64,000 nt of DNA, taken from positions 68,200,001 to 68,264,000 of the forward strand of contig NC_042998.1 in assembly GCF_006345805.1 (NCBI RefSeq), in the 5' to 3' direction. Position 1 is the first letter of the stretch. Each line of letters begins with the position of its first letter. The DNA comes from Octopus sinensis. Lineage: Eukaryota. Shown piece by piece: positions 51,391 through 64,000 of the stretch. The notes beneath the pieces are model-generated. The model saw only the letters and a program-made list of their open reading frames with translations, was not told where the DNA came from and did not search any database. Both the position numbers and the translations under genes were made by a program.

Positions 51391-52990
51391 TCCTGCCTGG
51401 TCCTCTCATGCACAGCACACTTCCATAGGACTCGGTCTTTAGTCATTTCCTTGGTGAGACCTAAAGTTCGAAGGTCGTGCTTCACCACCTCGTCCCAGGT
51501 TTTCCTGGGTCTACCTCTTCCACAGGTTCCCTCAACTGCTAGGGTGTAGCACTTTTGCACACAACTATCTTCAGCCATTCTCGTCACATGACCATACCAG
51601 CGCAGCCGTCTCTCTTGCACACCACAACTGACACTTCTTAGGTTCAACTTTTCTCTCAAAGTACTTACACTCTGACGATTATGAACACTGACATTACACA
51701 TCCATCGGAGCATACTGGCTTCATTTCTTGCGAGCTTACGCATATCCTCAGCAGTCACGGCCCATGTTTCACTACCATGTAGCATGGCTGTACGTACACA
51801 CGCATCATACAGTCTGCCTTTTACTCTTAGCGAGAGGCCTTTTGTCACCAGCAGGGGTAAGAGCTCTCTAAACTTTGCCCAGGCTATTCTTACTCTAGCA
51901 GTTACACTTTCAGCACACCCACCCCCGCTACTGACTTGGTCTCCTAGGTAGCGGAAGCTATCAACTACTTCTAGTTTGTCTCCCTGGAACGTGGTAGAAG
52001 TTGGTCTCTGCACATTTCCAGTGTTTATTGCTCCTGAGCATCTGCCACAGACAAAAACTATTTTCTTAGTTAGCCTTCCTTTGACATTGCTGCACCTCTT
52101 ATGTGTCCCTAGTTTACACTTGGTGCACCTTATAGAGTTTCTACCTACACCTTTTTTACAGATCGAGCAGGGCCATCTACCTGAAGTCGTTTGTGATTGG
52201 TCCACCTTCCTACTTATTAGGACTTTGGTTTTGGCTAGGTTGATTCTAAGGCCCTTCGATTCTAATCCTTGTTTCCACACCTGAAACTTCTCCTCCAGTT
52301 CTGATAGTGACTCAGCAATTAGAGCAAGGTCATCAGCATAGAGGAGCTCCCAGGAGCATCCTGTCTTGAATTCCTCCGTTATTGCCTGGAGGACTATGAT
52401 AAATAGGAGGGGACTGAGGACTGAACCTTGGTGGACCCCAACCTCTACCCGGAATTCTTCACTGTACTCGTTGCCAACCCTCACCTTACAAGCAGCGTCT
52501 CTGTACATGGCTCGCACAGCTCTCACTAACCATTCATCTATCCCTAGTTTCCTCATTGACCACCAGATAAGGGATCGGGGGACCCTGTCAAGGCTTTCTC
52601 CAAGTCAACAAAAGCCAGATACAAGGGCTTATCTTTGGCTAGGTATTTCTCCTGCAGCTGTCTTACCAGGAATATAGCATCAGTAGTACTTTTCCCTGGC
52701 ACGAACCCAAACTGCATATCATCTAAGCTAACTCTCTCTCTAATTAATTGGGCTATAACCCTCTCCGTAACCTTCATTACCTGATCCAGCAGCTTGATGC
52801 CCCTGTAGTTATTTGTATCTAGGGCGTCGCCTTTACCTTTGTAGCAGTTGACTATTATGCTGCTACACCAGTCATTGGGTATGACTCCTTCGTGTATCAC
52901 CTGGTTTACTATACGGGTGACTAAGCTATAGCCGACACTACCAGATATTTTGAGCATCTCTGCAGTAATTCCTGATGGGCCTGGGGCTGA
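51387..52990 (-). pseudogene. Reverse transcriptase (RTE ORF2) with a single 1-bp frameshift
   Basis: APGPSGITAEML, NYRGIKLL, QFGFVPGKSTTDAIF, FVDLEKA[F]DRVP (aa instead of aaa at 52590), HQGSVLSPLLF, LLYADD, FRYLG; C4HC3 finger 52038-52169. Confidence 0.95.
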
Positions 52991-52996
52991 TATATT

Positions 52997-53027
<31 letters not shown>

Positions 53028-53032
53028 TATAC

Positions 53033-53064
<32 letters not shown>

Positions 53065-53975
53065 ATTTATATATATATAATGGCGGTGCCCCAGCATGGC
53101 CACAGCTCATTAGCTGAAACTGGAAAAATCAAAAAAATCAAATATATATATTTATATATATATATATATTATATATATTATATATATATATATATATCAG
53201 TGGCGACTCCGGCACTCGGGCTGTTCAGGCTTAGCCCGAGTATAAATTTAGTAAAGTGAACGTGTTTTGCAAGCTGATATAATTTCTACCAACACTGACT
53301 TCACGTATGTAATTGCGACCAATACCTCGGGCTCCTTTTTATTGAGCCTGGTCGCAGTTTATTTATTTTCGATCAGCGTCTGACAGTGTCTTAGAGGTGC
53401 CCTGCGTCAAAAAATATCATTGGTAGCAGACGTTCTCTCGACATCGTTCACAAGCGCCTGGTTCGGGCTCAGAAATTACAGTCCGAGTTGCTATCTATAA
53501 TCGTAAAAATTCAAATTACTTCAAATTCATTGTTTTCTTGAAACAATAAATTTCTAATGAAATTAGGATTTAAATTCCAATCTATGAAAAGTTCCCGTTC
53601 TACAATACTCTTAAAGGAATGAAAATTTATCCAGTAACTCGGGCTAATACGAATGAGCCTGGTAGGTGTAAAAAACTAACTGGCATCTCTTGTCAAGAGT
53701 AAAGGCGACAGTCAGATCGCTGATGTTTGTTGCGCACTCCATTGTCGTTATTTGATTACTGTTATTCTGTGCGTCTGTGAGCAAAGATGAGTTGAGTTTT
53801 GTCAGGGTTGCTTTATTTTAACGTCTAACTTAGAAAGACGTAGTGCTAGATATAAAAATAAGCCACTTGGAGTTAGAAATAAAGCTGAAAAACGTGAAAT
53901 TCTTCGAGCAGGCATGTGCCTTATGTGTAATCTGTGATGAGCCCGAGTGATGCTGATGACATGCAGTCGTCTCTC

Positions 53976-54060
<85 letters not shown>

Positions 54061-54113
54061 CATACATACATACATACATACATACATACATACATGCATG
54101 CATACATACATAC

Positions 54114-54144
<31 letters not shown>

Positions 54145-54181
54145 CATACATACATACATACATATATATACATATATATAC

Positions 54182-54268
<87 letters not shown>

Positions 54269-54292
54269 CATACAATTAAGTATATTAGAAAG

Positions 54293-54555
54293 AAGGGTAA
54301 AGACCCGCTTCGGTCATGAATGACTATAGGATTGCACCTAGAAAGGTCCACTCCGCGGCACAAGACCAGGCAAAGTTGTTTATGGAAGACCAGCAGTTGC
54401 CCATGCATACCAGCTTCCGCTCTCCATACCATTGATATTGTCCAAGGGAATAGAGCGTCTTGCTCAAGAACACAATGCACGGCCCGGTCTGAGAATCGAA
54501 CTCACTACCTCATAACTGTGAGCCCGGCTCTCTAACCACTGAGCTATGCGCCTTC
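54293..54555 (-). mobile_element. SINE family C, internally deleted
   Basis: ctctaaccactgagctatgcgccttc head; aaagacccgcttcggtcatg tail. Confidence 0.9.
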
Positions 54556-54877
54556 ACAGTTATGTGTGAGTGTGTGCATCTGTGAGTATTTCTAATAAAA
54601 TACTATATTATAGTCTCATGATAGCCAAATTGCCGATTGGTTTCATACCCGAGATAGAGACCCAACTCTAGCAATCATCAAAAAAGACTGAAAACAATAT
54701 CTTTTCTGACAATTGCTGAAGTTGACCCTCCACCTCTAGTATCGGACCATTGGTTAATTGGCTTTAATTAGATCATAATATAATATTGCATTAATAATAA
54801 AAAATAATATCTTCACTCTGTTATCTAATATATGGCGATTTTTCTGATTCGTAGATTTCCAGAGAACAAATTTGCTA

Positions 54878-54976
<99 letters not shown>

Positions 54977-55619
54977 TACATATATACACACATATATATA
55001 TATGTCCATACACACACACATATGTGTACATGCATAAGTGTGTGTGAGTGTGCATGTGTGTGTAATTATATGTGAGGGCGTGTGTGTGTTTATTTACAAT
55101 AGAGTTGTAGCTTAACTGTTGACCCTGTGAACAAACACACACACTTTGGAATTCGTGGTACACTGACACTGTTCTTATATAAGCACACACACACGCGCAC
55201 GCCTGAATGTATATGTGTGGTTGTATGTGCTTATATTTACACAGGTCTAAAACCAGTGTTGTTTATGCTGCATTCATCTATATTCCATAACTTGGCCATG
55301 CGACAAATAAACTCTAATAACCTACGTACCAGACTGGAGTGAGTACTTCGGCTGATATCATCGACTAAACATTTAAATGTGGTACCACAGCATGGCTGCA
55401 GTCCAGTGACCGAAACTAGATAAAAGAATATAAGAATACAAGAATACATTAATCTTAAGATTAACGTCTGACTATATTTACTAAACAAAGAACAGTTTAT
55501 TTATGTCAGCACTTTACCATTTCAAAAGAATCTCCGTAACTTAAGCATTTTTGTTGTTTCTTTTTCTCTGGAAAGATCACAAAGATCAATTTTGACATAT
55601 TTCACGTAACAGCAGCAAC

Positions 55620-55652
<33 letters not shown>

Positions 55653-55790
55653 TAGTTGTGTTGCCGCTGTTTTTTTTTTGTATATTACGAGTAACTGTAG
55701 TTGTCGTTCATGTTGCAGTAATAGTAAGAATATCGTTGTTTCCGAGGTATAAGTAGCAGCAGTAGTAGTAGCAGCAGTAGTAGTAGTAGT

Positions 55791-55821
<31 letters not shown>

Positions 55822-55839
55822 GTAGTAGTAGTAGTAGTA

Positions 55840-55870
<31 letters not shown>

Positions 55871-55935
55871 TTACTGTTCTTGTTCTTCAATTCTAGATCG
55901 AGCAGACAACTATTCAAAGAAGACTGTTTTCAAAG

Positions 55936-56198
55936 AAGGTTGTTTTGTGGAAGGCCAGCAGTCGCCCATGCATACCAGCCTCCCCTCTCCATGCCACCAG
56001 TGTTATCCAAGGAAAAGGCAAAGGCCGATACTGATTGGCACCTGTGACGTCGGAAATCATTTCTACAGCTGAGTGAACAGGAGCAACGTGAAATAAAGTG
56101 TCTTGCTCAAGAGCAAAACATGCAGCCCGGTCCTGGATTCGAACTCACAACCTAACTATCGTAAGCTCGACGCTCTAACCACTGAGCCATGCACCTTC
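55936..56198 (-). mobile_element. SINE family C
   Basis: Colinear with the 48355 copy. Confidence 0.9.
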
Positions 56199-56199
56199 A

Positions 56200-56685
56200 C
56201 GGTACAAATATATGAACCTCTATATACCCATCATGACTACCCATCTGATAAGGGCACACCAGGCACATGCATCACAACTATATGTGCGCAACATGATGAT
56301 CTCATATCAAGATAAACAGCACATGACCTTGCAGATGGGGCCCAATTAGAATTTTCTTCAGGTCGAGTGGCCCATCCTGCTCAAAAAGTCCCTGAATAAG
56401 GTTTATTTAAGGATGTTGAACGAAACACATGTTTCCAGAGGTAAATTATCCAAACCCCAAAGAATTCCTCTCAACGCATGGCTATGATGTTCCCCCACTA
56501 ATTCTACTCCTGATCAGTCAACTGATTAAAGTCAAACAAATAACAAGCAAAGCTGTGGTATTGAGCAGAATATTTGCTGTAGCTCGTCTTTTTTACATTA
56601 AGGCAAAACAATGTACATGATAACACTTCCAATCAGTTAAGATCAGAAGCCATGAGAGCCAGTGCCTGGTATTGCATCAGAGCAT
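56200..56685 (-). mobile_element. ~550-bp TAA-embedded element, copy 5 (one end truncated)
   Basis: cccatcatgactacc...gtgcctggtattgcatcagagcattatt. Confidence 0.9.
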
Positions 56686-56692
56686 TATTATT

Positions 56693-56905
56693 AAGGCGGC
56701 CAGCCATCAGGATCGTTAGCTCGTCGGGCAAAATGCTTAGTGGCATTTCGTCCGTCTTAACGGTTTGAATTCAAATTCTGCCGAGATCGACTTTGCCTTT
56801 CATCCTTTCAGGGTCGATAAATTAAGTAACAGTGAAACACTGGGGTCGATGTAATCGACTTGTTTGCTCCACAGAAATTCAGGCCTTCAGCTTTTAGCAG
56901 AAAGG
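56693..56905 (+). mobile_element. SINE family A
   Basis: aaggcggccagcc...gactttgcctttcatcctttcagggtcgataaattaagt. Confidence 0.85.
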
Positions 56906-56906
56906 T

Positions 56907-56930
56907 TTATTATTATTATTATTATTATTA

Positions 56931-56972
<42 letters not shown>

Positions 56973-57002
56973 TATTTATTATTATTATTATTATTGTTGT
57001 TC

Positions 57003-57053
<51 letters not shown>

Positions 57054-57064
57054 TATTATTATTA

Positions 57065-57111
<47 letters not shown>

Positions 57112-57115
57112 GTTG

Positions 57116-57156
<41 letters not shown>

Positions 57157-57232
57157 GTTGTTGTTATTATTATTATTATTGTTATTATTATTATTATTAT
57201 TATTGTTGTTGTTGTTGTTATTATTATTATTA

Positions 57233-57267
<35 letters not shown>

Positions 57268-57268
57268 G

Positions 57269-57319
<51 letters not shown>

Positions 57320-57320
57320 G
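56907..57320. repeat. ~410-bp (ATT)n/(GTT)n
   Basis: Direct reading. Confidence 0.95.
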
Positions 57321-57539
57321 CTTATTTGTCTTCTTTGATTACAGCTTCCCATTGTAGTCTCTCGGATAAAGTCTCCGGTTTGGGAATAACTGTAGGATTT
57401 TCCACTTTGTTATACTTTGATACCGTAATCGTTTGGACTAGCTTTCTGGTTTGAGACAAATTGCATTATTCCCTGCTTTGATATACGGCGTCCAATTGTA
57501 GTCATTTGCACAAGGTCTCTCGTTTGTGGATAACTGAAT

Positions 57540-57590
<51 letters not shown>

Positions 57591-57592
57591 TC

Positions 57593-57624
<32 letters not shown>

Positions 57625-57915
57625 ATTTATCTAACTTTCTATCTTACTCAGTATATTGTAATCGTTTAGGTCGCTGGTTTGAGGATAACTGCATGATTGC
57701 TCACTTTCATAGACAATTCCCTATTGTAATCGTGTAGACTTAGTTTCTGGTTTGAGGCTAACTGCTTAATTCTCATTCTTTGATGCTCAGCTTCATATTG
57801 TTCTCGTTTGGATTAGGTCACTGGTTTAAGGATAAATGACTAACTCCCTGATTTGATACACAGTTTCCTGTTGTAATCCTTTAAACCAGGTCTCTGTTTT
57901 GAGGATAACTGGATA
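57321..57915. repeat. Decayed ~73-bp minisatellite, 7 units, interrupted by (CT)n
   Basis: Recurrent attgtaatcgtt...ctggtttgaggataactg near 57351, 57423, 57495, 57654, 57723, 57797 and 57870. Confidence 0.75.
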
Positions 57916-58149
57916 TCTTGATGCACAACTTACACCTCCAGCAACTTACATAGTCGTTGTTTCTTTCACACTTTCTCCCGCCAGATTCAGAGGCCTTACA
58001 AAACATACGAATCATAACTTTCTTTTCTCCTCTGACTAAACCATAAAAAGTGTGAGCTAAAGAAAAGACCAGGAAGTTTACGTAAATGCATCCAAAGACA
58101 CAGTCTTCGGCGAAGAAACAACGCTTATAATAAATAAAATTACTTCCAC

Positions 58150-58584
58150 GGATCTTTTCGGTTTGAATGGCAGTTTTTTCTAGCGGTGTCATATGAAATT
58201 GTCACCCATAATTATGACCCTGGTATCGATCTATTGCATTTCAATCTGTTTTAGGGTTAGGGTGGGTTAGGGTTAGGGTTAGAGGTGGGGGGAAGGGTGT
58301 CTTTTTTTTCTTCACAAATGTAAATAAACCCAATCTGTTTCTTAAACGTGGGACATATTCATACGATACAGAATGATTTTTACCTCAATTGACGTCATCG
58401 ATTGGTTGAAATTGCAGAAATTGAAGAAAAAAAAACAACAAATATCTTACAAACTATAGAATTTTCTCAATAAAGCCAAGAGAAAAAGATGTTTTATAAA
58501 CACATTCTACCAGTATACGAAGTTTAAAATTTTTTAGTTACCTAGAAATTATGTTAAAAACTGCCGTTCAAACCGAAAAGATCC
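58150..58584. mobile_element. MITE with 29-bp TIRs, 7-bp TSD and internal TTAGGG repeats
   Basis: TIR GGATCTTTTCGGTTTGAA(T/C)GGCAGTTTTT; cttccac at 58143-58149 and 58585-58591. Confidence 0.9.
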
Positions 58585-58604
58585 CTTCCACTCATAATAA
58601 ATGA

Positions 58605-58825
58605 AATGACGCAGTGAGCTAGCATAATCTTCAACATGTCGGACAAAAATTCTTAGCAACTTTCTTTTGACGTTTTGAGTTCAAATTCCGCTGAGGTTAT
58701 CTTTACTTTCCATCCTTTCGGGGTCAATAAAATACATTATCAGTCAAATAGTGGGATCGATGTGATTAACATCCTCCTTCCAAATAATATTGCGGGCCTT
58801 GTACCAAAATTCAAAAGAATTATTT
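58605..58825 (+). mobile_element. SINE family A, diverged
   Basis: ttgagttcaaattccgctgagg...catcctttcggggtcaataaaa. Confidence 0.75.
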
Positions 58826-61800
58826 TACAAATAACTGAATGAGATATTCGTCAAAAGAATTTAAAAGAGCGTACATCATCGAGAGTAAATAATCCCACGC
58901 GTAAGCACAAATGGCGTTCAAGTTTCGATTCTCAGTTAAACCCACTTCACTTACATCCCTTGTATAAATAGGTAACTTTGTGACTTATATTACAATTTTC
59001 TTTTATAAAATAAAATAACTGTTTCAAATTTTAGCACAAGGCCCTCGATTTGGTGGGGATTTTAGCTTAGCACGTAAAAATCCTGAAGAAACGCAACCAA
59101 GCATTTTTGTCCAATGCTCTAACGGCTCAGCCTGCTTACCACTATACAGAATGAAATAAAATGCTATTTTGTTTTTAATTATAGTACCAATTACAGTAGG
59201 CAGGAAAACAATTTTGAATACATAATTCAATATATTATGTTTTCGCTTTTTCTATCTGTGTGCATGTGTGCATATATGCAGATAACAGTTATTTTATGTA
59301 CACACGTATGCATTTATATAATGAAAACAGTTATTATCGTGTTTGTGTACGTTCCATATCGTTTTATTGAAAGTCGAAACATTGTGTTACTGGGAAGATA
59401 TTACGAAATATATTAGAGAGAAAAAACATTGCTTTTGGTGTGGAATACAACGAAAGCATTAGAGATCCTATAAACCAGACACTAGGAAATACAAATACAT
59501 TTCCTTCCTGAAAAAATCAAATGAATTATTGATATGCAACTAAAGGAAGTAATCTTCAAAGGAATTATTAAATAAAGCATCGAATGTGTAAACACGCGAA
59601 ACCACATAAAAATCAAATATTAGAAAATCAAGTTTCAGAAATACTAAGGAACAAAATATATCTACCGCTAAAGAAAGACGGTGTTGTTAACATTATAATT
59701 GAATTTATGTTGATACACAATTTGAAACAAAGCATGCGATATTTCTTCTCTTTGCTAACGAGTAATATAATTTAGTGTGTGATACAAGTTTATAAATTAA
59801 TGAAACCACAAGACAAAAATTCATTAGAGGAGATAATGAGGCAAAATCAGCCATAAAATCTGGAAGAAATCAATATATTTTCTATAATACACGAATCAAA
59901 CCCGATAATAAATGAACATTGCACTGGAAATGAACTTAAAAATAAAAAAAAAACGCGTGTTTTATATGCATCTTCCACCTACTTTTAATTGTTAAGCAAG
60001 TAGTCAACAACATACACTTGCTAATGGAATAATTGGTGAATGCTTCCTTTTATTTTGGAAGATATTTGGCCCATAATTAAATTCAAATGATTTTTTACAG
60101 TCTCACACACAAAAAAAAACGGAAAGTTTCTCACTAAAGGTTGTACTCAACTATAGAAAGATAATGCGAAAAAAAAAGCTGACTTCGACAGGATTTGAAC
60201 GGAAAACGTGAATGACCGGAACTTTCTAACAATGTATGTAACTTAGTACATTCCTCTATTCCTCCAACTACTCCGTTATCGATGCAGCAAGTTAAATACT
60301 CACATAAAGATAAGGATTTTGCTTTTTTTTCTCTTAACTCATAAAAGAAAAACTATCTCTCTATTGAATTAATTCCTTAAAAACAAAATATATTTTCTTT
60401 GAAAGAAATTAAAACACTAAACAAAAATGCGCGTTAGTTGTATTAAAAAAAAAAAGACAGAATAAATATTTTCCATTTGCCATAAATTCCAAACTAAAAA
60501 GTTAGAGATTTCGTAGATAAGTGATGGTGGGCAAATTAAACTGACATTTTGAGATGTTTGATGATGTGGAGGAGAGGTGGAAGAAGTTTTAAAAAACTAC
60601 AGCACCATATTATTAGTTTCCAGTCTTAAAACATTATGGATCTTTCACCGGTTTCGATGATGAGCATTTGGCTATCGATTTACTGAATTTTCTATTCGTG
60701 GACTTAATAGTAAACTGGTAAGTATTGCACAGGCATGTATCGGCTTACTCAGTAAAACGGGTGAAACAGCGTTTCTGGTTCAAACTCGGATGTGTAGCAA
60801 ATCTCGTCACTGCTGGGTTCTCTTCTATCTCTTCTTTGTTCAGTGATTTCATTCTTAATCTTCAGCCTCTCTCTCACCACAAATCTTTTTCCATCTCACT
60901 GCTTCCACTATTTTCATTTTCCGTACCTTCTACCTTATTTTTTTACCTTTTTTTTACCCAGCTTCTTCTCCTGTTACATTTGACTATGTATTCAAGTTCA
61001 TGTTTTCTTATGTTCTCCATCAGTTGCAGCCAGTCTCTTGAGCATGTTGGAATGTAAAACTATGTTGTCTTTGCTTTATTTTTCTCTTGTTAACTTTACT
61101 CTGATGAATGACTCTTTCTGAACCATTGTATACCCTACTTTCTATGACAATACCTCTGCATGTTTTCTGTCGCTTTTTCCAAATAATAGAGGTCTTGCAG
61201 ATGCAGTCAACAACCAATCACCTTGAATTTTGTTTTATTGCTTAGTTCACAGACCGAATCATTGTGACAACATATGCGAAGGTTGTATGTTCGAATTAAT
61301 GTAAAACACGAGAAAGTGAAAAGAAGAAGGAAGAGAGACAAAGAAGGAGAACCAATTCTTGTGCTCCACTGGCATGCTATATATTCAACACCGAAAGTGT
61401 AGAATATAAGATTGGCCTCTGCAAAATGCAAGGTGTTTTATCCAACGTTGTAATGATCGTCGCCTGTTCATACTAAAATTATCAGTTAAGAGTAAATACA
61501 AATCAAAATGTCATTAAACAGTATTACGATTAGTGGAAATTGTAGCTAAACTATTTCAAAGTAGCAATTGTAGATCATTAAGAGAAACATTCGGGTAAAG
61601 CATGCCAACACATAAAAAAACACTCACACACACTAAAAAAAACACACACACACATGCATACAGACATATAGTTACGTATTTATATATACATATACACATA
61701 AATACATAAACATGTATATCCATATATATAATCTTACGGATATATATATGTACATATACATATACGTATATATATGAAACATATGTATATATATATGTTA

Positions 61801-61939
61801 TATATATATATATTTATATACACACGCATAGATGTATTTATATATACATATATATACACACACCATATATATATATATACATACAGCACACACATAATTG
61901 CATATATATATACATATATATACACACACCATATATATA

Positions 61940-62012
<73 letters not shown>

Positions 62013-62094
62013 TATGCGTGTATGTATATGTATATAAATATATATATACATATGTATATTTATGTATGTACGTATATGTATATAACTATGTGTG

Positions 62095-62194
<100 letters not shown>

Positions 62195-62579
62195 TAAATT
62201 ATATTTGAACGGAGTCATAAACTAGGAAAGGCTCACAAATAAGTATGTCGAATTGATTTTAGGTGTCAAAAATATTACTTATATAACATTATGATGAATT
62301 TGCTTCATTATAGAATTCCATATGTTTCGCTCTGTGAAACTTTTTTAACGAAATTGGTATTTCTTAAAACTTGTGGAATATATGGCAAAGAATTTTCTCT
62401 GATTGCATTTTCGAAAACCCATTTGTTCAGTGAACCCACTGCATATTCTGTCATGATTCCAGCAACTGAATCAAATAAACCATTCGACTTAAAAGCTAAC
62501 ATGCACTGAAACATATGGTCATCTGTAACGAAGCATACTCATTTCAATGTAATGCATTATACATGTGTGTGTGTGTGTG

Positions 62580-62780
62580 TGAAGCGGCAAGCGAGCAGAA
62601 TCGTTAACACATCGGATAAAAGGATTAGCAGTATTTCTTCCGGCTCTTTACGTACTGAATTCAGATTACTTCGAGGTCAACTTCGCCCTTATTCCCTCAG
62701 TGTCTATAAAATAAAATACCAGTTATGTACTAGGATCGAGATAATCACGCATGTTCCCTCCCCTCAAAATTACTGGCCTT
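62580..62780 (+). mobile_element. SINE family A, diverged
   Basis: gaagcggcaagcgagcagaatcgttaac...gaggtcaacttcgccc. Confidence 0.7.
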
Positions 62781-62940
62781 GAGCCCTGCAGCGCACCTGC
62801 GTCCGTTCAGGGGAAATGTTCTGATCTCGATCACCCCTTACGCCATGGAAACCAGGTAACTGATATCACAAAGAAAGAAAATTTTTAGTGTATATCAATG
62901 AAAATACGATAAAATATAGGCATTTACTTCATCCTAATGT

Positions 62941-63385
62941 AGAGGCACATGGCCTAGTGGTTAGAGCAGCGGACTCGTAGTCGAGGTCAGAAGCTTGCTT
63001 AGCAGCCACATGGTTTCGGGTTCAGTCCCACAGCATGGCACTTTGGGCAAGTGTCTTCTACTATAGCCTCGGGCCGACCAAAGTCTTGTGAGTGGATTTG
63101 GTTGACGGAAATTGAAAGAAGCCCGTTGTATATATATATTATATGTGTGTGTGTCTGTGTGTCTGTGATTGTGTGTCTGCGTTTGTCCCCCTCCAACCAT
63201 CGTTTGACAACCGATGTTAGCGTGTTTAAGTCCCCCGTTACTTAGCGGTTCGGCCTAAGAGACCGATAGAATAAGTACCAGGCTTACAAAGAATAAGTCC
63301 TGGGGTCGATCTATTCGACTAAAGGCGGTGCTACAGCATGGCCGCAGTCATATGACTGAAACAAGTAAAAGACTTTAAAAAATAA
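62941..63385 (+). mobile_element. Chimeric SINE: D-like head fused to headless SINE B
   Basis: gaggcacatggcctagtggttagagcagcggactcgtagtcgagg, then agcttgcttagcagccacatgg... Confidence 0.85.
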
Positions 63386-63579
63386 TAAAAGAATATTGAT
63401 AAATGCCTTGATGCTATTTGTGTGTTTTTTTAATCGTCTTCTATCATTTTTTCGTCTCTTCTCTCTTTCTCTTCTCCCCGCCTCCCACTCTCTCGCTCTT
63501 GCCCTCTTTCTCTTCTTCATTATTTTCAGGTGTTAAGTTACCCTTTGAAAATATGCCCTTACAATATGATGAATTCCAT

Positions 63580-63755
63580 TTCGCCGGGCGAAATTCTTAG
63601 AGGCATTTCATCTGCCTTTACGTTCTGAGTTCGAATTCCGCCGAGATCGACTTTGCCTTTCAGAGTCGATAGAATAAATACCGTGGATCACTGGGTTCAA
63701 TGTAAACTACTTACCCCTCTCCTAAAGTTGCTGGCCTTGAGCCAAAATTTGAAGG
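63580..63755 (+). mobile_element. SINE family A
   Basis: cgccgggcgaaattcttag...gagttcgaattccgccgagatcgactttgcc. Confidence 0.85.
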
Positions 63756-64000
63756 CAATAGGATGGGTTTCATTCCAACATCATGAAGTGTCTAGATCTG
63801 TTTCATTTCTGGAAATGTTCAATCTCACCACTACAAGCAACATAGCACCACCTGACATCAAAACAGAAGCAACTTCAGCATCTTGCTACAATGACATCTT
63901 TCCATTCATATTTCCTAAAAAGTGAGTTTAAAGTTACTTTTGAATATGGTGGTCAAACTTTTCGCTCACAACGTCTTTGTCTTTAGCTTGTAACTTTCTA

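Larger units (their letters stand above)
49784..52990 (-). mobile_element. RTE-clade LINE, 5'-truncated, with (ATG)n tail
   Basis: RT ORF, RTE-type terminus gtggttggcgttaggaagggcatccagc, (CAT)n on plus; embedded in (TA)n. Confidence 0.95.

Noticed and set aside
58251-58292. True telomere or fusion scar
   Set aside because: Only about five degenerate units, and they lie inside a TIR element.

Overview
Eukaryotic, AT-rich, microsatellite-saturated intergenic or intronic DNA. The SINE repertoire and repeat density suggest an octopus or other coleoid cephalopod (inference, not database-checked). I recognise no intact host protein-coding gene, and most ORFs in the supplied track are translations of (TA)n, (ATT)n, (TACA)n or (GATA)n. 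The window is a retroelement mosaic. It contains four tRNA-derived SINE families (my labels A-D) and a dozen fragments of R4/Dong-type RLE LINEs sitting in (TAA)n. It also has five copies of a non-coding ~550-bp TAA-embedded element, RTE-clade LINE pieces (one 3.2-kb near-intact RT with a PHD-type finger and a fourfold-duplicated 3'UTR), Tx1/L1-clade pieces, a Tc1 relic, MITEs and a Helitron-like element. Three observations stand out. (1) A complete, TSD-flanked, ORF1-only (HAL1-like) Tx1/L1-type element is inserted in a SINE head at 43.7-46.1 kb. (2) About ten minimal type-I hammerhead-ribozyme-like motifs from unrelated short elements are embedded in microsatellites, and four carry the compensatory U3:A8 core (TTGANAA). 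(3) A SINE monomer shares its 3' tail with the Tx1 LINE. Also present are a near-perfect 315-bp SINE hairpin and a telomere-repeat MITE with a 7-bp TSD. All family assignments come from motif recognition by eye, and coordinates are approximate to a few bases unless a motif is quoted.
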